Of a DNA stretch of 64,000 nt, positions 37,238 to 47,953 are shown in pieces. Numbering within the stretch: the stretch's first letter is position 1; each line of letters starts with the position of its first letter. The notes under the pieces were generated by a model. That model saw only the letters and a list, made by a program, of their open reading frames with translations, searched no databases and was not told the origin of the DNA. Source of the DNA: Nitrospirota bacterium (lineage in GTDB: Bacteria; Nitrospirota; UBA9217); contig CAWJQQ010000005.1 in the NCBI GenBank assembly GCA_963845065.1, forward strand, positions 256,001 to 320,000. Direction: 5' to 3'. A program made the position numbers and the translations under genes.

Positions 37238-38179
37238 TTGGCCATTTCTCCCCAAAAAAAATTTCCAGAGCTGATCTTTCTCTCCCTTACCGCCGTAGCA
37301 TCCGTCACGGTCATCATTTTTATTATCGGGATCGTCGCAGTGCTCTTCAACGAATCTTCGCTCGCAATCGGAAAATTCGGCGTCGTGAATTTTCTGACCT
37401 CGATTGTCTGGGACCCCGTGAGAAGCAACTTCGGAGCGGCAACGACCATTTACGGCACTTTTGTGACGACCGTGCTTGCGCTGCTTTTCTCAATACCGAC
37501 CGCGATCGGCATCGCGATATTCGTTACAGAAATCGCTCCGAATTTCCTCAAAAGCCCTATCGGGGTCGCGATAGAGCTTCTGGCCGCTATCCCGAGCATC
37601 ATCTACGGTATGTGGGGGCTCTTCACGCTTGCGCCGATCATGTCCCGGTATGTCGAACCGGCGCTCAAGTCCAGCGTCGGGAAGCTGCCCTACATAGGTA
37701 TTCTTTTTAAAGGCAACCCGATGGGCATCGACCTGCTGACGGCGAGCGTCATCCTCGGCATCATGATAATACCCTTTACGGCGAGCATCGCTCGGGATGC
37801 TTTCAATCTCACGCCTGCCGTCGTGAAGGAATCCGCATACGCCATCGGCGCCACGCGGTGGGAAGTCGTAAAAAATATCGTGCTTCCGTACTCAAAGCTC
37901 GGCGTTTTCGGGGGCGCCGCACTGTCGCTTGGCCGGGCGCTCGGGGAGACCATGGCCGTGGCCTTCGTGCTCGGTAACAATCACAGGATCGCAACGTCGC
38001 TTCTTGACGCGGCCTCAACCATCACCGTGAGCCTCGCGAATGAATTTACCGAAGCGGACACAGATCTCTATCTTTCCTCTCTTTATTACCTCGCTCTTAT
38101 CCTCTTTGTTATGAGTTTCGTCATCCTGGCGATATCGAAATACTTTCTTCTCAAGGCCGAGAGGAAATACTCGCGATGA
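37238..38179 (+). CDS. pstC: Phosphate ABC transporter permease
   Basis: ELLAAIPSIIYGMWG, LGRALGETMAV; TTG start. Confidence 0.96.
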   Translation: MAISPQKKFPELIFLSLTAVASVTVIIFIIGIVAVLFNESSLAIGKFGVVNFLTSIVWDPVRSNFGAATTIYGTFVTTVLALLFSIPTAIGIAIFVTEIAPNFLKSPIGVAIELLAAIPSIIYGMWGLFTLAPIMSRYVEPALKSSVGKLPYIGILFKGNPMGIDLLTASVILGIMIIPFTASIARDAFNLTPAVVKESAYAIGATRWEVVKNIVLPYSKLGVFGGAALSLGRALGETMAVAFVLGNNHRIATSLLDAASTITVSLANEFTEADTDLYLSSLYYLALILFVMSFVILAISKYFLLKAERKYSR

Positions 38180-39018
38180 AGATCGAGACAAAAAGAAAAG
38201 CCGAGAGCTTAATCGCGCTTACCCTGAGCGGTCTTGCCGCCGCCATCGGCCTTTTCTGGCTCGTTTACATCTTGGCTGACGTGCTTATCAACGGCCTCCA
38301 CGCCCTGAACCTCAATCTCTTCCTGAACGATCCCGCACCTGCCGGCGTCGAAGGCGGTGGGCTCCGGAACGCCTTCATCGGCCAGTTGCTGATCACCGGC
38401 GCCGCGACATTGATCGGAGTGCCGATAGGCGTTCTCGGGGGCACCTTTCTCGCCGAGTACGCCCGCGGGACGAAAACAGCTCGCGCGATCAGCGTTCTTG
38501 CGGATATCATGGTCAGTGTTCCGGCCCTCGTTGTCGGAGCCTTTGTCTACGCTATCGTTGTACAGCCGCTTCATCATTTCAGTGGATGGGCAGGTGCGTT
38601 CGCGCTCTCAATCGTCATGATCCCCGTAGTGCTCCGGACTACCGAGGACATGTTGTCGCTGGTACCCTGGACGCTGCGCGAGGCGGCTTTTGCGCTTGGT
38701 GCTCCTTATTACAAAGTCATCATTCAAGTCGTCTACCGCGGGGCGGCCACAGGTATTCTGACTGGCATCCTGCTTTCGATTGCCCGAGTCGCGGGCGAAA
38801 CAGCGCCGCTCCTATTTACGTCGTTCAATAATAATTTCTTCTCAACAGACATGAATAGGCCAGTAGCATCGCTGACTGTCACTATTTTTCAGTATGCAAT
38901 GGGGCCATATAAAAGCTGGCATACCCAGGCATGGGGTGCGGCCTTGGTCATAACACTGTTTATTCTCATGATTACTATTGCTGGAAGACTCATACTAAAG
39001 TGGAGGTACAAGCAGTGA
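38176..39018 (+). CDS. pstA: Phosphate ABC transporter permease
   Basis: [23 protein letters not shown]. Confidence 0.96.
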   Translation: MKIETKRKAESLIALTLSGLAAAIGLFWLVYILADVLINGLHALNLNLFLNDPAPAGVEGGGLRNAFIGQLLITGAATLIGVPIGVLGGTFLAEYARGTKTARAISVLADIMVSVPALVVGAFVYAIVVQPLHHFSGWAGAFALSIVMIPVVLRTTEDMLSLVPWTLREAAFALGAPYYKVIIQVVYRGAATGILTGILLSIARVAGETAPLLFTSFNNNFFSTDMNRPVASLTVTIFQYAMGPYKSWHTQAWGAALVITLFILMITIAGRLILKWRYKQ

Positions 39019-39779
39019 CAGCAACGACCGAAATCGAGGTCAAAAGCCTGGATTTTTACTATAATGGCGATGCCCATGCTCTGCAGAAAATATCGTTTCC
39101 GATTTACAAGAACAAGGTTACCGCCTTGATCGGCCCGTCGGGCTGCGGCAAGACCACGCTGCTTCGATGTTTCAACCGCATGCACGACTTGTACCCGAAA
39201 CACCGTTATGAGGGGGAGATCCATTTCCAGGAGAAAAATATCCTGGCGAACGATGTCGATCTTATCAACCTTCGAAGTCGCATCGGCATGGTATTCCAGA
39301 AGCCGACGCCGTTTCCCATGAGCATTGCTGAAAACATCGCTTATGGCCTCAGGCTGAAGGGCATCAGGAATAAATCCGAACTCGTAGGACGGATCGAGGA
39401 AGCGATCAAACGAGCCGCGCTTTGGACGGAAGTCAGGGACAAATTAAATGAGAGCGCTTATGAGCTGTCCGGCGGACAGCAGCAGCGGCTCGTTATTGCG
39501 CGGGCACTGGCAGTTGAACCCGAGGTCCTTCTTTTTGACGAACCCACATCGGCGTTGGACCCTATTTCGACGGCAAAGATAGAAGAACTCGTCATGACCT
39601 TGAAAAAGGACGTTACGATCATTATCGTTACTCATAATATGCAACAAGCGGCACGGGTATCGGACATGACGGGATTTCTGTACATGGGCGAGCTCATCGA
39701 ATACGGTACAACGGAAAAAATATTTACCAATCCGGATAATAAACAGACCGACGATTATATTACCGGGCGGTTCGGGTAA
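39015..39779 (+). CDS. pstB: Phosphate ABC transporter ATPase
   Basis: [36 protein letters not shown] overlap with pstA. Confidence 0.97.
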   Translation: MTATTEIEVKSLDFYYNGDAHALQKISFPIYKNKVTALIGPSGCGKTTLLRCFNRMHDLYPKHRYEGEIHFQEKNILANDVDLINLRSRIGMVFQKPTPFPMSIAENIAYGLRLKGIRNKSELVGRIEEAIKRAALWTEVRDKLNESAYELSGGQQQRLVIARALAVEPEVLLFDEPTSALDPISTAKIEELVMTLKKDVTIIIVTHNMQQAARVSDMTGFLYMGELIEYGTTEKIFTNPDNKQTDDYITGRFG

Positions 39780-39905
39780 TTTCTACAGCGTCCGAGGGAG
39801 AGGTGCCAGAGAACTGCCGGAAAGAGGCATGGATCGAAGGAACTCGCTTTTGATGTCCTCGACTTCTGCACGTGGTCGGGACGATGTCATTTTAAGGAGA
39901 AGAGA

Positions 39906-40574
39906 ATGGGGAAACAGAAAGAACAGGATCTCGAAGCCCTCAAGGAACGGGTGCTCGCTATGGGCGGTTTTGTCGAAGAGTCCATTAGGAAATCCGTCAA
40001 AGCCTTAGTCGAGCGGGACAGAAATGTGGCACAACAGGTCATAGACGGCGACGCCGTAGTCAATAATTATGATGTCGAAATCGAGGAAGAATGCATCCGT
40101 TTCATCGCTATCTGGCAACCTACAGGCAGCAATCTCCGTCTCGTTACCACAGCTATAAAGATTATCACCGACCTCGAGCGTATGGGCGATCTTGCTGTTG
40201 ACATCTGTGAGCGGGCCATAGAACTAAACGAGGAACCGCCGCTCAAGCCATATATCGACCTCCCGCGAATGGCCGATGCTGCCCAGAAAATGCTCAAGGA
40301 CAGCCTTGACGCCTTTGTGGCAGGCGATGCCGATCTTGCGGTTCAAGTATGCGCAGCTGACGACTTTGTCGATGATCTGAACCAACAGATCTTCAACGAT
40401 CTGCTTATGTATATGCTCAAAGATCCCCAAAATATTTCACGCGCCGTGCGCCTGACCTATATTACGAAGTACCTGGAGCGCATCGCGGACCATGCCACCA
40501 ATATTGCGGAAATGGTCGTCTACATGGTCAAGGGGAAGGTCATCCGGCACACTGCATGCGAGTCGCGCACGTAG
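39906..40574 (+). CDS. phoU: Phosphate signalling protein PhoU
   Basis: DLERMGD and LERIADHATNIAE repeats. Confidence 0.97.
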   Translation: MGKQKEQDLEALKERVLAMGGFVEESIRKSVKALVERDRNVAQQVIDGDAVVNNYDVEIEEECIRFIAIWQPTGSNLRLVTTAIKIITDLERMGDLAVDICERAIELNEEPPLKPYIDLPRMADAAQKMLKDSLDAFVAGDADLAVQVCAADDFVDDLNQQIFNDLLMYMLKDPQNISRAVRLTYITKYLERIADHATNIAEMVVYMVKGKVIRHTACESRT

Positions 40575-40827
40575 GAATAAAGCAGATGTTGCCGGAGAAG
40601 TCGGTGTAACGCTAACTGGGTTTACCCGTTTTTGCCCTCCACGCGCCCCGCAGTGCAAGTGGGACTGATACTTCAATTCGTTTTGACACCATTTTAGCAT
40701 GTCGAACCTTTTCAGCCCCATCTTCGTGGCTTTCGCAGATTGTCCCGATTTAGAAAGGACGAAAAGTGAAGGACAGACAAAAAACGGAGGAGGGAGAGCA
40801 TAAGGCACCTATCCAATAGGGCTCCTC

Positions 40828-41637
40828 TTATTCGTGCGGAGTCTGCGGAGTGACGGGCGCCTTCTTCTTCTCGGCTTCGGGAAAGAGTAATATAATGCTG
40901 ATCCTCCGGTTGCGGGGGTCTTCGGGATTTTCCTTAATGAAGGGGACGGTGTCTGCGTAGCCCGCCACCCGGGTGAGTCGGTTCGGGTTCATGCCGAATT
41001 CTTCCAGCTGTTTTTTAGCTGCGAGTGCCCGTTCGGTCGAAAGTTCCCAGTTGCCATAGGCTGAGGACTTGTATGCCAGGGAGTCTGTATGGCCTTCGAC
41101 GGAAACCGGATTAGGTAGGTTCTTGATCTGCTCGCCGATCACCTGCATGATCCTTGATGCAAGTGCTGTAGGCTTCGAGGATCCAAGGTCGAACATGGGT
41201 TTCCCCTCCTTGTCTACGAGCTGGATTCGGACGCCACCTTCGAAAACGTCAACCATAATCTGGTCTTTAATGTCTCCAAGTTTTTCTTCAATAGCCTGTT
41301 TGATCGCTTCTTTGAATGTTTCCGGATTTGATTGCGAAGTGCCCTGTGTTTCAAAGGGTATCTTTCGTTCGTTTTCGCTTGGCTGCTTGAACATCTCGCT
41401 CGATTCGCCCATGAATGACGTACCGCTCTCTTTAAAAATAGAAAAAAATTTAAAATAGTTGGAAAGCTGCGCCCTCTTTTCCGGCGAAGTCATCGTTATG
41501 AGCCACAGGAGCAGGAAGAAGGCCATCATGGCCGTAACGAAATCCGCGTAGGCGACCTTCCAACTACCGCCGTGCCCGCCTTCTTCTGAGACTCTTTTAA
41601 CTTTTTTAATAATGATTTTTTGCTTCTGATCAGTCAT
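40828..41637 (-). CDS. motB: Flagellar stator MotB (enteric/MotAB type)
   Basis: WKVAYADFVTAMMAFF, EGHTD, NWELSTERA, NRRISI. Confidence 0.95.
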   Translation of the reverse strand: MTDQKQKIIIKKVKRVSEEGGHGGSWKVAYADFVTAMMAFFLLLWLITMTSPEKRAQLSNYFKFFSIFKESGTSFMGESSEMFKQPSENERKIPFETQGTSQSNPETFKEAIKQAIEEKLGDIKDQIMVDVFEGGVRIQLVDKEGKPMFDLGSSKPTALASRIMQVIGEQIKNLPNPVSVEGHTDSLAYKSSAYGNWELSTERALAAKKQLEEFGMNPNRLTRVAGYADTVPFIKENPEDPRNRRISIILLFPEAEKKKAPVTPQTPHE

Positions 41638-42491
41638 CGTATTTTGCCTCGCACCAGTTGTTCAAGCTCATCGAAAGTAGGTTTTTCTTTGTCCGGGATA
41701 GCCCGGCGGCCGAATTCAACAGCCATCTGGGGTGCCGAGCCGCCTACAAACGCGACGAGTGCGACCCTGATGACCTGGGAAAAAGTGCCTCCCTCGCGGG
41801 CCTGGTGCTCGAGGTTCGCAGCCATGGGGCCGACAAAGCCGTAGCACATGAGCACCCCCAGGAACGTGCCGACCAGAGCCGCGCCGATAGAGTGGCCCAG
41901 CACTGCGGGCGGCTGGTCGATTTTGCCCATGGTGAGCACGACGCCCAGGACCGCCGCGACGATGCCGAGACCCGGCAGGGCGTCGGCGATTTTTGCGACG
42001 CTTTGAGACGGTATCATGGCCTCGTGGTGGTGCGTGTCGATCTCGATCTCCATGAGGTTGTCAAGCTCGTGCGGTGGAACGTTCGCTGTGATAATCACCT
42101 TGAGGTTATCGCAAATAAAATTGAGCGCATGGTGGTTCGCGAGCAGCCCGGAGTGCTTCTGGAAGATCGGGCTTTTCGGCGGACTTTCAATATCGGATTC
42201 GATCGACACAAGCCCCTCTTTCCGGATTTTAGAAAAGAGCTGGTACAGAAGTGAGAGGAGCTCCAGGTACTTTTTCTTGCTTTGGTTCTTTGCGGCAATA
42301 ATGGAAAAAACGTTTTTGAAAACCAGTCCTACGACTTTTGTCGGCGAGGCTATAAGGAACGAGCCAAGTGCAGCACCGAAAATAATCACGACTTCGGCAG
42401 GCTGGAACAGGACGTGGAGATTGCCCTCTTCCATGAGATATCCACTGATGATGGAGCCGAGCACAACGACTATGCCGATGATGACAAACAT
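41634..42491 (-). CDS. motA: Flagellar stator MotA
   Basis: LFQPAEVVII, ADALPGLGIVAAVLG, ALVGTFLG, AVEFGRR. Confidence 0.95.
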   Translation of the reverse strand: MFVIIGIVVVLGSIISGYLMEEGNLHVLFQPAEVVIIFGAALGSFLIASPTKVVGLVFKNVFSIIAAKNQSKKKYLELLSLLYQLFSKIRKEGLVSIESDIESPPKSPIFQKHSGLLANHHALNFICDNLKVIITANVPPHELDNLMEIEIDTHHHEAMIPSQSVAKIADALPGLGIVAAVLGVVLTMGKIDQPPAVLGHSIGAALVGTFLGVLMCYGFVGPMAANLEHQAREGGTFSQVIRVALVAFVGGSAPQMAVEFGRRAIPDKEKPTFDELEQLVRGKIR

Positions 42492-42493
42492 GG

Positions 42494-44002
42494 TTATTCT
42501 ACCTGCCCGTGTTTCTTAGTAGTGAACGCCCCGAGGTGCGCGCCCGTTCCCGTAGGAAGTTCAATGGTGAACACCGCGCCCCCTCCTTCGGCGTTGTGAA
42601 ACGCGATTGTTCCGCCGTGTTCGGCAATAATGCCGTGTGAAATTGAGAGCCCTAATCCGGCGCCAACGTCAACCGGCTTAGTTGTGAAGAAGGGGTCAAA
42701 TATTTTAGAAGCGACCTTCAAGGGTACCCCGGGTCCACTGTCGATGACTTGGATGGAAACGCAGTGGGATTCCTTGTTTGACCGCGTGCGGAAGGTGATA
42801 ACTCCCTTGGTCTGACCCGAACCAGCGATTGCCTGTTCTGCATTTAGCAGTAGGTTCAATACGACTTGCTGGATCTGCTGAGAGTCCACGAATACCGTGG
42901 AAATCGGGTCGTACTCCCTCACGATCTGGATGTTGTGCGATTTGAGCCAATAGCTACGAAGATCGATTGCCCGGTCGATGATGTCATTGATGGATTCAAG
43001 GCTTTTTGACGGCGTTCGCTGTCGGGAGAAGGTCAGAAGATTGTCCACGATCTTCTTGCACCGTTCCGCGCTGTCCAGAATTTTTTTCAGCTCAGCCTTG
43101 ATGTTCTCATCTGTCACTTTCATGGACAGCAACTCAGTATACGCGATGGTCCCCGTCAGCGGGTTGTTGATTTCATGGGCAACGCCGGAGACAAGAAGGC
43201 CTATCGAGGCAAGCTTCTCGGCATGGTAGAGCAAGTCCTTTAGCCTTCTCACCTCGGTGATATTTTTTATCACGTGAATAGTGAGCGAACGATCATCTTC
43301 CATCCAAGGGAATACGCTGATCTGATAGAAAAGATCGCCGATTTTTTTTTCATACGTTCGGGGTGTGCCATCTTCAAGAACGGCGGTGCTGACCGATTCG
43401 CTTGGAATATCGAGATCAAAGACGTCGGCAAGCCTGTTACCGACGATCTCGCGAGGGTGTCTGCCGATTGCTTCGGCAAATGCATGATTAACCTTCACTA
43501 GCGTTTGTTCGTTGTCTAGCACGAATATGTAGTCAGTAATGGCGTCGATGATCGACATCCATTGCTTCTGGCTTCGCGGAATGACCTCCGTATACTGCTC
43601 CTCGTAGTGACGCGCCGTCTTAAAGCGGGTTATGGCGCGCCGGGCGGCCCCTGGGTAGGTTTCGACCGCATCAGAAGCGACACACTCGAAAGCACCGGCC
43701 CGGAGCATTTGAAGCACTGTATCCTCATCAATGCGCGGAAGCATCATGATTACGGGAACCTGCATCGCGGTCTGTGCCAAAGTCTCTACAAACTCAGCAG
43801 GAACTAATTTGTGATCTGCAGGATTCACGAAAACAGCGTCGACGGTCTCATGCTTCAGGACCGTGAAGGCAGCTTCCGGTGAGGAAATGCAGTCGATAAT
43901 TTCGTCTCCGCCGGCCTTCTCGAAGACGGCGCGTATTCGATCATACTTCTCCCGACGGTATTCAATAAAGAGTATCCTATGTTCCTTCTTTTTTTGAGAC
44001 AA
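42494..44002 (-). CDS. Pseudo-receiver-PAS-histidine kinase
   Basis: Degenerate REC with no phosphoacceptor Asp, PAS, EKLASIGLLVSGVAHEINNPL, FDPFFTTK. Confidence 0.9.
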   Translation of the reverse strand: MSQKKKEHRILFIEYRREKYDRIRAVFEKAGGDEIIDCISSPEAAFTVLKHETVDAVFVNPADHKLVPAEFVETLAQTAMQVPVIMMLPRIDEDTVLQMLRAGAFECVASDAVETYPGAARRAITRFKTARHYEEQYTEVIPRSQKQWMSIIDAITDYIFVLDNEQTLVKVNHAFAEAIGRHPREIVGNRLADVFDLDIPSESVSTAVLEDGTPRTYEKKIGDLFYQISVFPWMEDDRSLTIHVIKNITEVRRLKDLLYHAEKLASIGLLVSGVAHEINNPLTGTIAYTELLSMKVTDENIKAELKKILDSAERCKKIVDNLLTFSRQRTPSKSLESINDIIDRAIDLRSYWLKSHNIQIVREYDPISTVFVDSQQIQQVVLNLLLNAEQAIAGSGQTKGVITFRTRSNKESHCVSIQVIDSGPGVPLKVASKIFDPFFTTKPVDVGAGLGLSISHGIIAEHGGTIAFHNAEGGGAVFTIELPTGTGAHLGAFTTKKHGQVE

Positions 44003-44669
44003 AGACTATGTCTATCCTCCTGTTGCGCGCCCGTCCCTCTGGCGTTGAGTTCGATTCAACGGGTCGGTATTCGCCGTATCCGGCGATGCCCATCTGTTCT
44101 GCATCGACACCTTCCTCGTTCACCAGAAAGGAATAGACGCATGATGCTCTGCTGGATGAGAGCTCGATATTTGACGAATATCGCGAATTGTGAACGGGAA
44201 TATTGTCTGTATGTCCTTCTATAACGATATCGCGATGATACTTTTTAATGAGTGAAGCGACGGATGAAAGATAAGGCCGAGATTCCCGCCGTAATTCAGC
44301 AGACCCGTTCTCAAAAAAAAGAGAATCCCCGAACGAGATCAAAACGCCCCGTTGGTCGCGGACAACGGCAATGGCATCAATTATTCCAAATTTTTTGAGT
44401 TCTGCCAGAACGTCTTTTTCCAAACCGACGTCTGCATAGTTGATTGGCCTGATGCCGTTGATGACTGTGCCATTGCCGATGTCTCCCTCACTCGAGGACT
44501 TGAACGCGGATTTCATAGAACCGGAAAACCGTTCTAGCTTGCCAACATCCACGTGACTGATTGCGTACATCGTCGTGAAAAAGGCAAAAAGTAGAGTGAT
44601 GAAATCGGCATAGGACACGACCCATCGGTCGTGATTTTCCTCTACCTCAATTTTACGTTTTTTGTGCAT
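43977..44669 (-). CDS. Second stator B subunit (MotD-like)
   Basis: DRWVVSYADFITLLFAFF, EGHTDN, NRRIDIV OmpA-like domain. Confidence 0.92.
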   Translation of the reverse strand: MHKKRKIEVEENHDRWVVSYADFITLLFAFFTTMYAISHVDVGKLERFSGSMKSAFKSSSEGDIGNGTVINGIRPINYADVGLEKDVLAELKKFGIIDAIAVVRDQRGVLISFGDSLFFENGSAELRRESRPYLSSVASLIKKYHRDIVIEGHTDNIPVHNSRYSSNIELSSSRASCVYSFLVNEEGVDAEQMGIAGYGEYRPVESNSTPEGRARNRRIDIVFVSKKEGT

Positions 44670-44675
44670 TGGCCG

Positions 44676-45431
44676 TCAATACCTGTCTGTTTCTTCCATA
44701 AACGATTTAAGGCGTTCCTCGAGGTAGTGGGGGTTGACACCGGATTGTATCCCGATGACTCCTTCAATGATCATGGCCCGGAGTGCAAGCTCGCGGTTTA
44801 AACTGTTGATGAGCTTTTTCGCTATCGGCAACAGGATGAGGTTTGCCGAACCCACACCATATATGGTCGCCACGAACGCTACGGCGATACCTGCTCCGAG
44901 CTTAGACGGATCAGATAAGTTTTCCATGACGTGGATCAAGCCGAGGACAGCGCCGAGGATGCCGATAGTGGGCGCAAAACCGCCAGCAGTCTCGAACACC
45001 TTAGCGATTCTCCTGCTTTCTTCATCGAAGGTGTTGTTAATTTGTTCCATGGTTTCGACGAGCAGTTTGGGAACCATGCCGGCCGTCGCCAGAGTGAGCG
45101 CTTTTCTGAAAAACGAATGGTCGAGATTTTTGATCTCTGATTCGATGGCAACGAATCCGCTGCGCCGCGCGATCTGTGAAAAACGCAAAATACTTGCGAT
45201 CACCTTTTTGCGGTCCCGAGTATTATTAAATATCACAAAGCGAAGGGAGGCAATGGCCTTGCGAACGTCCCGGAACGGGAAGCTGAGAAACGTCGCCCCG
45301 GCGGTCCCTCCGAAAACAATGAGTGCGGCCGTCGGCTGGAGGATCGAATCGATCCTGCCGCCTTCGAGCAGGTTGCCTCCGATAATGGCCCCTACTCCAA
45401 ACATGATTCCTATAACACTTGCCCTGTCCAT
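44676..45431 (-). CDS. Second stator A subunit (MotC-like)
   Basis: MDRASVIG...LEGG, GGFAPTIGILGAVLGLI, GIAVAFVATIYG. Confidence 0.92.
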   Translation of the reverse strand: MDRASVIGIMFGVGAIIGGNLLEGGRIDSILQPTAALIVFGGTAGATFLSFPFRDVRKAIASLRFVIFNNTRDRKKVIASILRFSQIARRSGFVAIESEIKNLDHSFFRKALTLATAGMVPKLLVETMEQINNTFDEESRRIAKVFETAGGFAPTIGILGAVLGLIHVMENLSDPSKLGAGIAVAFVATIYGVGSANLILLPIAKKLINSLNRELALRAMIIEGVIGIQSGVNPHYLEERLKSFMEETDRY

Positions 45432-45439
45432 ACTTGGCA

Positions 45440-46195
45440 TCAATCCCGCTGCCGCCGGATGATCTCCCGTTGTCGCTTGAGTGTATACTGGATGATGACA
45501 TCACGGACTTCATCAACGAGGTCGATAAAACTCAGGGATGTTTCATACTTGCCATCAACTGGCGTTTCAATCCTCACCACAACGCCATGAGCAAGGACAC
45601 CAACGGGGGGATAGACTGGTAGCAGCATCTTGAGTTCAAGCATACTCCCAATCACGACCGGGTGATCAAGGGAAAAACGGATTCCCGACGCGCTGATATT
45701 CACGGGTACGCTCTCCGCGCGCGCGAGCCCCTCGCTATCAAGGTTGAGCTTTTCCAGGATCATCTCGAGTTTGGCATTGATGTCGACCAGCATTTTCCAA
45801 ACCTTGGGACTGACTGTCTCATCGGGCACGTTAAGATCTTCCAGCTCAAGCCCGAATCCGGGAAATATGCGGGACTCATTGCACCGGTCTGTGCCATCTA
45901 CGATCCGGTAACTAACAGGAAACACATCGTCCACTCGGAAAAAGCCGCGTTTCCCCGTCCACATCCGCCGCAACCGCAGTGATTGCCCGTCCCAAGAAGT
46001 CACTTCGGAATAGTGCTCGATGTCGGTATCTAATTCGGTAATCATAACGTACTGACCTTTTTTGACAACGGCCGGAACATCGGCATCTACCCGAAGTTCC
46101 ATGGTCTTCTCGTCAGCAGACAGCACAGTAGCACTGTAGAGGTCAATATCCGGCATTAGTCGGTAACTAATTTGATCTCTAGGGCGTAATCCCAT
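45440..46195 (-). CDS. PilZ-domain c-di-GMP effector
   Basis: RGFFR (RxxxR) and NISASG (D/NxSxxG) motifs; directly upstream of the stator genes. Confidence 0.85.
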   Translation of the reverse strand: MGLRPRDQISYRLMPDIDLYSATVLSADEKTMELRVDADVPAVVKKGQYVMITELDTDIEHYSEVTSWDGQSLRLRRMWTGKRGFFRVDDVFPVSYRIVDGTDRCNESRIFPGFGLELEDLNVPDETVSPKVWKMLVDINAKLEMILEKLNLDSEGLARAESVPVNISASGIRFSLDHPVVIGSMLELKMLLPVYPPVGVLAHGVVVRIETPVDGKYETSLSFIDLVDEVRDVIIQYTLKRQREIIRRQRD

Positions 46196-46501
46196 GGCTC
46201 TCCCTTTCTAGGTATGCGTAATGTAAAAGCCGTTCGCCGCATAAGATGCAGCGAAAAAAACCTGTAACATAACAACTACTCGGGTTACTCCATGCTCTCT
46301 ATCTCTCAGTGACCTCTAGATTTTTTTCAATAGAGTATAAGTTTTAGGGACAAGAATGAGCGCTTGACGATCAGTTTATGTATAGAAGATGCGGCCATTT
46401 TTATCTAATAACTTTACCTTGTGCCAGAATAGCGATGTTTTCTGCAGTAATATGCTTTTAACTATTTCAACAGAACTTTTAATGTTACCAGATCATGTCA
46501 A

Positions 46502-47953
46502 TCAATGTAAAAAAGCCCTTACGATTTCGCCGTCGAACTGTGTGTTGGCATTTCGCATGAGTTCGGCTACCGCCTGTTCGTGCGCCCGCGCCTGTCTATA
46601 GGGCCGCGACGAAGTCATCGCGTCATAGGCGTCCGCAACGGCGAGAATCCGAGCTGTTACTGGGATGGCAGCTCCCGCGAGTCCGTCAGGATAGCCGCTG
46701 CCGTTAAAGTGCTCATGGTGGTGGAGGATCAGTTCCCGTTCCTTGGGGAAAAACCGCAGGGGTTTAATTATATTCCCCCCAATGACAGGATGCAAGTTGA
46801 TTTCGTTCCGTTCATCGGTAGTGAGTTTTTCTGGTTTGAGCAGAATCGTATCGCGAACGCCGATCTTGCCAATGTCGTGCAGATACCCACCAAATCCGAG
46901 CGCGTCCCGGTCCTCGTCAGGAAGGTCCATGGCATTGGCGATCCGGAGGGAGTAGTTCGTCACTCGCTCAGAATGCTGCTTGGTGTAGGAATCCCTAGCT
47001 TCGATACTGTTGACGAGTGATTTGAGCGTGTTGGTGAGGTTGTTATAGAATACTTCGTAGAGGGCGTTGTTCTCGATGCGCTGTGCCGCCTTTTTCGCGA
47101 AAGTGAGCGCGATCGAGATCTCATCATCGGTGAATGCTGTACCGTCGACCTTATCCGCAAGAGTAATAATACCGAACACTTCATTGTTGATGGTGAAAGG
47201 AATGGCAAAAAACGGAGTTGTGAGAGGATCGCCAGTATAGGGGCAGATGTCGCCGAATGTTGAAAGATAATGCCTCCCCGTCGCTACTATGAACTCGAAC
47301 AGAGTGCACGCAATAGGAATGTCCCGAATGCGCACGCCGACGGCTGTGCGAATCTTAAGAGTGCCGTTTTCGATGATTCCGAAAGAGACCTCCTTGACCT
47401 TGAGGAGGCGGGAAGCCATCTCGACGACCTTCTCGTATATCTCCGTGTTACTGTACAGGGAGTCAAGCTCAGTGCTGACGGCTTGGAGAAGGCTGATTTC
47501 CTGCAATCGGTTGAACAGCTCAGAATTCAGCCGGCTGACAAAAGAATCGCGGGTGTCGCCAATATCGATCCTTTTCAGCAGTAGCCGCTCGCCGATGAGA
47601 CGGTCAGCGATGGAGGTGACGGTCGAGACGTTGAACGGCTTGGTAATAAAATCCTTGGCTCCTTCCCGCATAGCATTGATCGCGTTCTCAATGGAGGAGT
47701 GCCCGGTGATTACGACCACGGGCAATGACGGGTTGATTTTGAATGCTGTCTTCATGAAATCAATGCCGTTAATTCCCGGCATCGTGAGGTCTGTAAATAC
47801 CACGTCGTAGTCGCTCTCCTGGATTTTTTTTAGCCCGTCATAGCCGTCGCAGGCAATCTCAGGTCGATAATTCCCCGATTGCGAGAAAATAGATGTAAGG
47901 ACATCCCGGACGAGCGGGTCGTCATCAACGATTAATATCCTGCTTCTGTGCAT
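46502..47953 (-). CDS. REC-GAF-HD-GYP cyclic-di-GMP phosphodiesterase
   Basis: REC, GAF-like middle, HSERV, LHDIGK, HHEHFNGSGYP. Confidence 0.92.
   Translation of the reverse strand: MHRSRILIVDDDPLVRDVLTSIFSQSGNYRPEIACDGYDGLKKIQESDYDVVFTDLTMPGINGIDFMKTAFKINPSLPVVVITGHSSIENAINAMREGAKDFITKPFNVSTVTSIADRLIGERLLLKRIDIGDTRDSFVSRLNSELFNRLQEISLLQAVSTELDSLYSNTEIYEKVVEMASRLLKVKEVSFGIIENGTLKIRTAVGVRIRDIPIACTLFEFIVATGRHYLSTFGDICPYTGDPLTTPFFAIPFTINNEVFGIITLADKVDGTAFTDDEISIALTFAKKAAQRIENNALYEVFYNNLTNTLKSLVNSIEARDSYTKQHSERVTNYSLRIANAMDLPDEDRDALGFGGYLHDIGKIGVRDTILLKPEKLTTDERNEINLHPVIGGNIIKPLRFFPKERELILHHHEHFNGSGYPDGLAGAAIPVTARILAVADAYDAMTSSRPYRQARAHEQAVAELMRNANTQFDGEIVRAFLH

Noticed and set aside
22000..40800. 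Pho block as a mobile genomic island
   Set aside because: No integrase, transposase, tRNA or flanking direct repeat seen; it may be an old rearrangement
46263..46289. TGTAAC...GTTAC upstream of the PilZ-stator genes, considered as a Pho box
   Set aside because: Half-sites are inverted and not at an 11-bp period, with no matching -10
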